Shown here one piece after another: positions 52,400-64,000 of a stretch of 64,000 bases of DNA. The DNA comes from Balanoglossus misakiensis (lineage: Eukaryota > Animalia > Hemichordata). The stretch is from positions 9,676,296 to 9,740,295 of the forward strand of contig CM082594.2 of assembly GCA_040954595.2 (NCBI GenBank), written 5' to 3'. A program made the translations under genes and the position numbers. How positions within the stretch are numbered: the stretch's first letter is position 1; each line of letters starts with the position of its first letter. The notes beneath the pieces were generated by a model, which was not told the DNA's origin, made no database searches, and was given only the letters and a program-made list of their open reading frames with translations.

Positions 52400-52522
52400 G
52401 GTGTTTCCGGAAGTGGCGCTGTAAATATCCCATAGTGCATCTCGATTGCAACGTAACCACTCTTTCATTTCGTCGCCATTTGCACAGCTGACCTCACGTT
52501 TACGGACTCTACCATAAGCCAG
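52400..52522 (+). promoter_or_regulatory. SEC61G promoter and non-coding exon 1
   Basis: ETS CCGGAAGT at 52407-52414, TCT-like initiator CTCTTTC at 52460-52466, YY1-like GTCGCCATTTG at 52472-52482, and donor CAG|gtaaat at 52522/52523. The matching acceptor ttccacag| is at 53237, just before the ATG. Confidence 0.65.
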
Positions 52523-53242
52523 GTAAATACATCGCTTTATGTCCTTTTATAATCATTTTTTTCGGGTTGTTTACTGCCCTTACATCTCTTACGTGTTTTA
52601 ACGGGAATTGATTCACACATTACTGGCGTAGCTTTGAAATCTTTGTATTTACTTGGTCAAGTGTTTATGATCTCAGTCTAATCGTGATACAATTTACATG
52701 TTGGTATTGTTCTGTACGTTTGTATCCAAAATATTTTTATCGAAACACTTCCCTTGGAAGTTGTAGTGTATTTCGTATGTAGGAAAACTTTGAGTTCCGG
52801 TAGACAACTGTTTATTATTTGTGTGGCAACGTTTGTGTCAGTAGTTCAAGGAACAATGAACCGGCGTATTACTATTCTAAGAAAGATGGTCGAGTTGTTT
52901 ACCGGAAGTAAAAGTTCAGGATGATGAAATTATGGCGAAAGCGTACATCACAATGATCCCAAAGCGATGACCACCGATGATAATATAAACTGCCGAATTA
53001 TATACTCCCAACACATAGTTGAACAACTCTCAAAGATGTGTATAAGGATTATGGAACACTGCAACATCCAGTACCACTAGCCACTGCTGTGTGTCCATAC
53101 TGCAATATGGTCACTCACACTCACATGTAATGAATTATGCCACCCACATGGTTTATGTGGGTCATGAATATGCATAAACTTGTTAATCTATTAATAAAGT
53201 TAATAATAATAATTAAACTCATATTGTCTTTCCACAGTGACC

Positions 53243-53832
<590 letters not shown>

Positions 53833-55271
53833 GACTGACTGAAATGAATTGACACAAGACCCAGGGACACCAAGAATTCTGAACAAATGATTGACGTGAA
53901 CAGAGAGACATCATGAAGACTTCTTTCACTAGCTTTCCATTATTTGTTTTAAAGATGGAGTTTTTAAACAAAGAGTAATAAACTTATTGTGACAGTGTCG
54001 CATCAAAACATTACCGGGAAAATGTTGGTTGCCTTTTTATTTAAACTAAAATGCTCATCTTTGCGTACTGTATTCTGTTCACAGTTGCACGATGTGGCCT
54101 GGGTATTTTATGGAACTACCATCTTTTTGTACAAATGGTTTTTAAATAGTACTGAGCTGAAAACGATTCTATTTTCATTGCAATGAACACTGTATATAAA
54201 TAGCTACATTTAATTAAAACATAAAAGCATTATTCTGTAGTATACAGTGACACTAAGCTGGATCAACTCACTCGAAATGTTAAGAAATGTTTAGATTACA
54301 TTTTTTTATTGCTCAGCTTCATAACTTTTATTTAATTTTAAAAAAATGTTGAACAAACTGGAAATAACTTACACAGCTTTAACAAAAATGATAAAGTGCT
54401 CCATGAAAAGTATCAAAATAAAACAAAATAGTTTTGAAATACCAACCCATAAAATTCAAAATGGTTTCCCAGCCAGAGATGACCTACGATCATCCCAATA
54501 ATTACCCATGTTAGAGTTTAAAATTCATGTTAAGCATTATAGACAGGCTTTATTAAAAAATGTACCCTCATTTAACCATACAAGACAGCTACTTTATGAT
54601 CCCCCAAAAGCTCCCATATTATTACCAGTAGTAGTGCACACAGCAAATGGGATCTAAATTTAAACACATTGTACAATGCAATTAATTTGATATTCCCATT
54701 TATAAAATTGTAAAAAAGTCTGGTATCAAAATTCATGCCATCTGATCCAGATGTTGAAGTCAAATAGTATGTAAATGAAAGCCCAAAGGCCACACAAAAT
54801 AAAAACTTTTGAAAAGATTACCCGTAGGAAAAAAGCACCATTCACTGTACATCATACAGCAGGTATCTCGGTTTAAATTTTCATAAAAGCAATTCATATC
54901 GCTGAATGATTTGTATTGTCAGAAACTAGCTATGACAGTTTGCGGGAATCATGTTTAGTTCACCATCTCCAGTCATCACCACAGAGGGTACGGCAGTAAT
55001 ACAACTGCTATAAAGCGCGAACCACGGCAAACTGAAGAAAGATTCCAGTCCCTTTTGCATCCCGTTTACATAGGTTTCACTGCATCAGAAGCAGGGGAAC
55101 CTTTAAAGCTGTTGATTTGTTATCCAAATTTATTCAATATTTTTTTCACACCCGCCATTGGGATGTTGCTACTCTAGACTGATGTGCGTTTGAGCCATGC
55201 ATATACACAGCTGAACTCAGTCTGTGAGACAAGCAGCTCATTATGAAATCCTAAAACACACCATGCAAACA

Positions 55272-57523
55272 CTACTTGAATCCCATCATCCAGATGAGTG
55301 GTTCATCTGTCTCCACGGTAACAATACCATCCTTGCAGTTTGGATCGTAAGTGTTTGATGTGCTTATCAGGCCTCCCATGTTCATCTTGTCATTTGCTGC
55401 AATACATGAATATGAATAGAGACATTAACAGCCCTGGATCATGCATGTTGGGTCTTGTCCAGATCCAGATAATTAATGGCACTGGTAACAAGAAAAAACT
55501 ATTAGAGAACGACACAATAGTTTGTCGTTTTGAGTGATTACATTACTAGTAGTTTCAAATTTAACAATGTATTAATAACTTACAAAGATTCCACATCAGT
55601 CCTGTTGTGGTGACATTCAGGCAGGGTTTTCCAAACGGAACCAAACCACACCAGCGACCTTCCAAACCTGTATCCACTTCCAGTCGGTGTTTTCCCTAAG
55701 ATTACAAGATAAATTCACCACCAATGTCTCCACAAACATACATCCATAATCAACTCGCAGAGAAACTGAACTGCCAATTATGTATACAACAATAGCTCAA
55801 TTCCATGCATGAAAAGGACATCTCCTGTTTGATTGAAAGTCATAAATACACTTTCTGAATAAGAATTTGCATGACATAACATTCCTTTAGTACTCACTGC
55901 TTTCAGAAGACAAGCCAGGTTTCCTTCCCCTACCAGATACACAGGTATGTCTGTCATCTCTGCGGCCATGTACAGAGTATTTACGTTGGCACAGATGTGG
56001 TCCAACCTACCTCCAAATGCACCTAGTACAACTATACTACTGACCTGAAAAATGATGATGAAAAATCTGCTTAAGATTTTAATTTGTACACTCTAGTATC
56101 TTATATACATCACTAAACTTCAACCTCTACTTTTTTATCTCAGTTCAAAAAAATATCTCGATTAAAGGGACAAAGTCTCTCTCTCGCTGCCCTTTTTCCA
56201 TTAATTATGTTTGATACAAGACACCGTTCATGTTATTGTACATATGGATATATAGAGAATCCACATTCAACGACACATAACTTCCATCCCGTTTGTAGGA
56301 TATGAGAGTAAAAATCCAGCCAAAATGAATAAATGGTAAACACCGATTATTCATTTTGGCGAGTTTTTCACTCTCGTGTCTACAAGTTGGATGAAAGTTG
56401 TGTGTGGTTGAACGTTGATTCACTTTATATCCACATGTAGAATAATATAAACGGTGTCTTCTACCAAATATAATTAATTGAAAAAGGGCAGCGAGAGAGA
56501 GACTTTGTCCCTTTAAGACCTTACCTTCAAATTCTTATTTTTGAGCTTCTGACAGACGAGTCTCATACATTTGGTAAAATCTGTTTCATCTTGGGATGGT
56601 GTTGGAATTAATTCACATCCCTTGAAAGAAACCACAGTTTAAAAGAATAGTTTATATGTGACCATGATGAAACCCCTCACAGTATGAGAAAGTTGTCAAA
56701 TCCCTGTCAATTTCCCTGGCAGTAGTCCTTCATTCCCATGAAAACTAATGACAAGCTTAGAAAACATGTTTAAAAGCACAGCTGGAAATGTGCACTGAAA
56801 GCCATGTTAAAGCTGGTGGTTCTATTCATAAGACAGATGGAATGTTGAAAGCATCATTGATGAGGCCTTGACAAGACAGTTAGACACTTTGATGTTTAAT
56901 ATGCAGTATTTCTTTTTACCTTACTGGTGTAGAAATCTGTCACTGCCTCAGTCCAGGAATCTTCGTCTCCACTGAGTAACTGAGGAATGAATCTGAAATG
57001 AACAGATGTTGCATGAATAAAAATCACCATAACAACCAGATGCACAGGGGAAAAAATAGAGAAAAGTAAAAGTTTCTTTTAGGACTTACTGATCATGTCT
57101 TCCCTGTGTATTCTCGTAAAGTTGATTGGCACCACCATCAGCACAGGCTTGGAAGACTGACTTACTCCACAATATGTCCAACTTTGTCTTCGTTTCAGGG
57201 ATGGATTGATTGAGAATAACCAGAGCAATTGCTGAATCTGAAAGAAAACACAAGTAACTATCAAAAAACAAACTATAATTTTCACTGTCTTTTCAATGAA
57301 ATCTATACTTCAAATCTGCCCCACCCCTTTTTCACTCTCTACACACCTAAATAGTGACATATGGGACGTACAACTCAAATGTAATACTACTAAAGCAGGT
57401 TACTACACATATATCAATGGTGTAATCTGTTGAGATATTGGATGTACCTGTTTTCGATCCTGCTTGGCTTGACAGACCTTCAAAGATACCCAGTGGGCGC
57501 AAATTTGGACAACCGTCCGCCAT
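55272..57523 (-). CDS. TPK1: Thiamine pyrophosphokinase 1, 7 coding exons, ~258 aa
   Basis: Exons on the minus strand: 57523-57448, 57237-57090, 56992-56920, 56620-56525, 56044-55898, 55695-55584, 55396-55272 (777 nt). Motifs: [62 protein letters not shown]. Confidence 0.94.
56166..56512. mobile_element. Foldback MITE with TTAA target-site duplication (Kolobok-like termini AG..CT)
   Basis: TTAA at 56162-56165 and 56513-56516. The 33-bp perfect TIR is agggacaaagtctctctctcgctgccctttttc. Imperfect inverted symmetry continues to a ~14-nt central loop (56333-56346). There is no transposase. The superfamily is inferred from the TSD and termini only. Confidence 0.9.
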
Positions 57524-59089
57524 CAAATGGAAGATGCGCCACAGAACGTGATCACGTACGTGCAATGAACCACGTAACCACGGGAACCAGTCGCCACTGC
57601 CGCGTAAGTTTCTACGCGATCGGTTTCAATCGAAAAACCACGATCTCTTTTACACCCGATATATTTTACTATCGATCAGGATGGGGGATAGTCCTTGCCC
57701 CTAATCTAGACTAACCCAACCTTGTACCAGATAGACCATGTACACCCACATGCACAAGTCAACAGGTCACAAAATAAGTTTCACTGCAATATACATGCAC
57801 ATCCACGCGTCTTGCGGATCGTCGTGTCAGCAACGGCTGACAGTCATACACTGTAACGATGCAGCGTGTGAAGGTCCAACTTTCAGTAGACGGTCGCTAA
57901 ATATCACAGTTGGAATCGTAGAGTGTGGGAACCGGCGCGGTACGGGTACACATGCTTCTTGTACTCAAATGCGTGTTGATCAGCTGATGATGCTTTGGTT
58001 GTGCGCCCTCTAGAGGTCATCAAGGATGAGTTCGATGACCTGTAACCCATACCTGTGATGACCTCAGGCTCACGTATCGTACTCTGGTTCATTGGCCAGT
58101 TCTCTGATAATAAAATCACCGTTCCCCGATTGGAACTGTAAATTAAGCTCACGAAATCCAATATTGCTCGACATTCAGCATCATATAGAAATGTTGATAA
58201 CCTCTCTGATCAACAGAATGTCTGAAATACAAATATTTTCTGCTGCCTAAAAATCTATGGAAACATCGTTTCTTGATATAGAAGAAGGCGTTTATAGAAG
58301 ATAAAGTTTTCTCCAATCGATGATATAATGGAATAAACATGTCACCATGCTTTATTAATTCCAAGGACTGCTTTTAGAACTCAGGCAGTTCTTCCCGTAT
58401 GTGCAACAATCTGACAATTTTCTTGTTTCATCAAACAGCAGATTTGAAGGGGGAACTTGGATTGGGTCGTTTAAAACCCTCAAACTGAAAAGGTAGAACA
58501 AGAACACCCCATTCTCTATTCGTTTCTTTTGGTTATGAAATTCGTTGGTGTACGACATACACATGATATACGAGAGAATGTGAACATCAGGAAAAACGCG
58601 GACAACTTTTCTTCACGTTCTCACAAGCTTGATGAGCGCCCTCCCTCACGCAAAAAATAAAAATTAAAAAAAGAGAACGTAATCTATCGCCTTTTATGCA
58701 AGAACTTTTAATTCAGGATTGTGTTATTTAGACAATAAATTCATCACTTTCGCACAAACCATCAAATATTTGTGAAGTCTGACTTTGATAAGACCTAAGA
58801 AAAGACGATATTATTGTAATACAGGAAAGAAATGTCCAGTCTATGTGAGTGAATATACTAATAAAATACTAATACAATGTAATTTTCAAATTCCAGAATT
58901 GTCTCTCAAAGCTGTGATGGCATAGGCAATGTTTATACTATAGAAGAAGAAATAAGCTATCTTTACACAAGGGTACAATACAAAGAAGTGGTAATGCATA
59001 TTCTTTTTATTCACTTTTTAATACAAAAACACAATTTTTCATATAAATTGATGGTGTAACGAAACATATGAAAGTGAGAGTAAGTGCGC

Positions 59090-60130
59090 CCCCATCCAAC
59101 CGATCCTTGATAGGTTTCACTGTTGAAAAGGTGAGACGCGTCACGTGATTTAGCCTTATACAGTCGGTAGCGTGTGTTGTAATAATTAGTGTACAACCAC
59201 CATGGCAGTGGTACGGATTTTGTTGGTCGTGTCTCTTGTAGTTTTGGCTGGAAATGCACAAACGGGTAAGTGCCACAGATCAGATGTGTGTATCTCTGTG
59301 TGTGGGTCAAAGGTGTATATATATTAAGTGACTTAATACTTAAGTATTCATATATATATATACTCAGAATCTCCCAGCAGGGCGTGTGTACTGTACAAAA
59401 TGGCCGACTTAACGAGTTAATTTCATTTTAAAAACGCGACCAAAATTATTAAGAAATTCGACTTTTTCGGGAACGGAACAGCTGCTTTATATATCGATAT
59501 TTCAGGTTTTAAGTGTGTCTAGTTCTTGGCATTTTAAGTTGATATATAGGTACCTATGTGCTGTCAACGGCAGTTCAGGGGGGGGGGTTGAAGGTATTAA
59601 CACATACAGCTGTATTTGCATGACAGTAGGTGTCAATGGGGGTAGCGTTCGCTCCTTTCACTTGCAAATTTCGAGATCACCAGTTTAGCTAGCAGAAGAA
59701 CAAGAAGCCCTACATATTCAAGAGACGTGGCGGTAAAACCATTGGTGACAAAATGCAACTTAATGGTGGTCGCGATCGCACATCAAGGGAGCACATTTGC
59801 TTCCAGAACCCATTCAGTTTAATAAAGTAAAGTTCTGCTGTCCGTGATGATATGAACTGTGCTAAATATAAACGATCGTAAGATTTCCGTGTCGATGAAC
59901 AGGCATTCCCCGATCTGCATATGAACGTCGTGTATTTGAAACACGTCCCTTGTTGACTATTTTGTCCACCGCGCAAACGTCTCATACTGTGTTGACACCA
60001 GACTGTTTATTACCGGGTTGTTGATCGAAGGATTGATTACCGGTATATTTGCGGTCTTGTCGAGTCTTGACCCTTTGACCTACTAGGCGAGCAAGTCGTC
60101 AATTTCTTTCACGCACATCGATGATTCGTT
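59090..60130. promoter_or_regulatory. Possible promoter or 5' region of a further gene whose coding exons are not recognisable in the window
   Basis: CpG-rich, with E-box GTCACGTGAT at 59140-59149, donor-like CGG|gtaagt at ~59265 and YY1-type AAAATGGCCGAC at 59397-59408. Confidence 0.35.
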
Positions 60131-63100
60131 TTTAAAAAGCAGTGCTTTTTGTCAGTGTTGTTGATGACAAATCCAATGTCAGCATATTATTTGTCCACAT
60201 ACCAGTAACATCTGATTCTAAAAGTTTAGCTTTTTATGAGTTTCTAACCCATCAGAATAATCCATCCTAGACAGGTTACACCAAAGTTTAATTGCTGGGA
60301 AAATAAAATTAAATAAATAAATAAATACCATGTAAATATTGGTATAAAAGGTGTTTGATATTGTGGGTTTAAGCTAAACTATCAGAATGATTGGAAGTGG
60401 TGAGAACTTGTTTCTGCTAATAATGTATTTAGTGTTCCAAGTTTGCCTGAAGTTTATTGAAATTTAACTCTTTTCTTTATGATAAAAAATCAACAATAAC
60501 AGATACAAAAGCCTGCATGACTGGTGTTTAAATAATTCAGTACTGAAATATTTTTTGCATGACTGGTTGTAACCACTTTTAGCTAGTGATCTTCTCTTAT
60601 TTCAATTTCTTGCTTTGGGGTCAAAGGTTATAACAGTTGAGATGGGTCCCACAGTTTATTTTAAGAGCTTTGGAATAAGAGACAGTTTACCACGGATGAT
60701 ATGCAGTGATCTCAAGTTGGAAACTTCTCAACTTGTGAATAAAATACTGCCATGTCACCATAAAAAAAGATGATGTCCTGCCTTCTGTTCAAGGCTCATC
60801 AGTAAATCAATTCGATGGTAAAAGATACAAGTTTGAAAACTGAATGATGGTCACTCCTAGTATGCTTGTAAGAAATGCAGGTGTCAAGTTGTTGAGATTT
60901 CAGAAGCAGATAATATTCTTGATCAGCTGATAACTGCATTGTCTTCTCACAAAGAATCAGTTTGAATTCATATCCTAATCAACATAGAAAGATACAATTC
61001 TTCAATAGCTAATCAAGCTAATACTGCCCAGTAAGTTTATATGTATCATTACATAAACTAACAAGATCACTTTGCTGTGTATTTATTTTATTCATGAGCC
61101 TTATCTCTAAAAATAACTGTTGACCTGAAAGTTCCCTGGCTGGTATACAGGCTGGGCACAGCCCCTCTTATATGATTATAACTGAATTGTCATTTTGTCA
61201 GTAACACATCATGGTGTTTGTCTGAAACAGAATAAAAACTATGATATAATAATAATAAAGTTGAATCATTGATATGGTGTCATGGCCCTATGACCTTTGA
61301 TGAAAACTCTTTGGATCCAGTTGATGTCTCTGGACACACTCAGCAAATGCAGTGTTGCGTTTGTAAAGTTTGTCCATCGACACTCAAATAATTCTGTGAT
61401 CAGTCTATGTAGTTATGTGATGCCCTTCATACCATGGCGCGGCACATTATTCCATCATGCATACATTGTACTGTGAACCACAAAACCTCCCATTTCATTG
61501 TATGCAAATCATTGAGACCCTCATACAAATACATGTACATATACATGTGGGCAGTGAATGTTGCATGTCTGTGTCAGCAAATAGGTATTTTTTTTTACAG
61601 TAATTTCATGGGGTATATGAGTAGATGATGAATTATTCACCCCTCTCAGTCTGAAAACCACTTCAAAATATGGCCCTTTAAAGTTTAAACTGTTGTCTGT
61701 TTTAGTATTGTTAGAGTAAAATTTTAATCTGTCTTTGCACCAAAAGCTGTGGTCATCAGAGATCCATGATTTAAATGGCACCAGCTTTATTTCAACCAAT
61801 CACTGAATGTGGCATTTATGCATTGTTTTTTAAAGGCCAGTCACTGGAGATTACATAATATATTTGAGGTGTGGTGTGTCTGTTTGGAGTTCTTTCACAA
61901 ATTCATTAAAATAGAATGATTACGATGAGGACGTGGCTTCGCTTGGGGTCACAAAGCGATCGAGAAAGAGTGGTAAACCACAAATGTGTGAAAAGTTGCT
62001 CAGCATTGCTGTGCTAAAAGTAAAACAAGCTTTTACGACCAAGGAGAGAATTCTAACTGTGGAATTGTGCGCGAGGGTGTTTTGTGGCATGGGTATGGTA
62101 TGTGTTGCATGTTTGTGTAAGTTTTATGCGAATGTGTGGGTTGTATCTGAGAAATAAACTCTACTTGTGTTTCCTGCATTTATGAAGATTCCTCCCACTC
62201 GTACCTGAAAGGATAGTACAGGTTCTCATCAATGTGGTTTTTGGTTTGCCAGAGGGATTGGTTTTTAGGTCAAAGTTTGACTTCCTCATGTCGAAACCCT
62301 GATGTTAGGGCAAAGAGAAATAAATTACAGTGTATATAAACACTGTAGCTTAAACTCTTATTAAATGTCATTTACTGGGTTGGCCGGTTGGGGAACGTGT
62401 TACGCAGGGTGTATGTACACAGCTTGGTTGCGGATAACACAGCTGGATTGCTGACCGCACTCAATTTTGAAGCTTTTAATAGAAAAGAAAAACGCCCAAG
62501 CAAGCGTAAACTTTCACATTCCTGATTTGATAAATCGACCTTGTGGGTACTAAGACTATGGCGTGGGCTGAATTATGGTCGTCACAGGTTGAGTGTCACC
62601 GAAAACTGCAGAAAAATCAGATAAACAGGGCACGACTTCAGTTTGAAGCGGTCTGTTAGTTTCCAACTGTCTGATAGTAAAATAGATAGCAGTTAGCCAT
62701 CAATCTTTGCATCCTCTCTTCTTGTCTTACTCCTGTAAGTTTCCTCTCTCAGTTTGACGAGAGTGATCCCACCAAAGATTTCACATCAAAAACAGCTGGT
62801 CAGCATTTCTATATTAATTCATATCATGTACATATCTGTGTCGATTTCTTACAATGTGAAATTATTATTCCAAGTTTGTGTGTAATCCTGCGTGACTGAC
62901 TTTGGTAGAGGATTTTCAAAAGACTCCTCATACCCCACCAAACCTCCCGAGTTTCAGGCTTCGAAATAAGACTGAAAGAAAACGGACTAAACTAATGTAC
63001 ATGTAATGGTTCTTTGCCTTCCGTGAAGTGGTCCGTTAACAGGTATTTCTTACATTACAAACAAGCTGATCAAATTCCACAGCAGTTCTAGCTGCAAGGC

Positions 63101-64000
63101 ATGTATGGTAGCATGGACTAAGTTGCGTAGGGTGATTATGTGACCTGATAAGGATATTTAATTAGTTAGAAAGTGGGAGACATTTAAGACCTGCAATTGA
63201 TACTGCATGGACAGGTGGACGAGACCTTATAAAGAGTTGCAAGTGTTCGGTGAATGTTTTAAATAAAATTCTGATGAGCTGAATTAATTTCTAGTAATTC
63301 TATCCGAGAATATTAGGTATAGTCGTGCCCTGTATATGACAGTAACAGTCAAGTCGGTTGAAGGCTGAACTGATCAAGTTTGACATGAAGTGAATTGTAT
63401 ACCAGCAGAAATATAGCAAGTCGACAATAGGCGTCATTTGTCCCAGTTGTCTGGTGAAGCGTGTACGTTTTCTGACCGTTGGTCACATGTGCTGTTTTCA
63501 AAATAAAATTTGTAGACGTAGCCTCATGCATATTAATCACCCCTTATTCCTAATGGTATAGCCTACATGTGCTCACAGGAGAGCAGTAAGAATCTTACAT
63601 TATTCAGGTATTAAGGGGTGTAAAGATGTAGATTTAATGTATATTTACACAGACATTAATATGCAGGTGCACATATTTCTTTGTGCATTTTTGTTGTGTA
63701 TCACCATCATTTGTCTTAAGAAGCAAAGTACACAATTGACCTTCTTATTATATCAATACTAATTTCTCAAGATAGCAGAAATCTAAAATATTAAATTCCA
63801 AAGGTCAATGAATTGAAAGCTCTGTGAGTGTGGTTGGTTAAATTTACATTTTGACAAAGTAAATCAATGTTACTTTTAACCTAAAATGTATCATTAAATG
63901 TTTCTAATGGAACCCATCTACATCTGATATGGGTTGATAACAATCATAAAAAAATAATGCAACATACAAATTTCTGTACACGTTATGTTAGTTTTTTCAA

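Noticed and set aside
52921-52990. C-box-like ATGATGA in SEC61G intron 1 (snoRNA?)
   Set aside because: There is no properly placed CTGA D box or terminal stem.
59313-59362. AT-rich palindromic stretch
   Set aside because: The symmetry is explained by (TA)n low complexity.
61933-62157. ORF MASLGVTKRSRKSGK.. superficially like an ADAR3 R-domain start
   Set aside because: It starts at GTG, lies downstream of ADAR beyond four other genes, and has no splice support.

Overview
AT-rich, intron-containing animal genomic DNA, probably from a bilaterian invertebrate; the taxon cannot be fixed from the sequence. Five genes can be reconstructed by hand. (1) An ADAR2-type dsRNA adenosine deaminase (+) has both dsRBDs and its whole deaminase domain in one ~2.07 kb exon (25625-27696). 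About 25 kb of non-coding DNA precedes it and is probably a large 5' intron. (2) WDR37 (-, 12 coding exons) lies tail-to-tail with the ADAR gene. (3) INO80D (+, 9 coding exons, one U12-type intron) lies head-to-head with WDR37. (4) SEC61G (+) converges with (5) TPK1 (-). Two TTAA-flanked MITEs are present, one of them a ~347 bp foldback hairpin beside a TPK1 splice donor. The most interesting signals are the ADAR-WDR37 pairing that mirrors human ADARB2-WDR37, the intron-free catalytic region of the ADAR gene, and a nested stem-loop region containing tandem splice donors just upstream of the ADAR main exon, which is a candidate autoregulatory splicing or editing switch. No CRISPR array, tRNA or rRNA was recognised. 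All structures were paired by eye, not computed.
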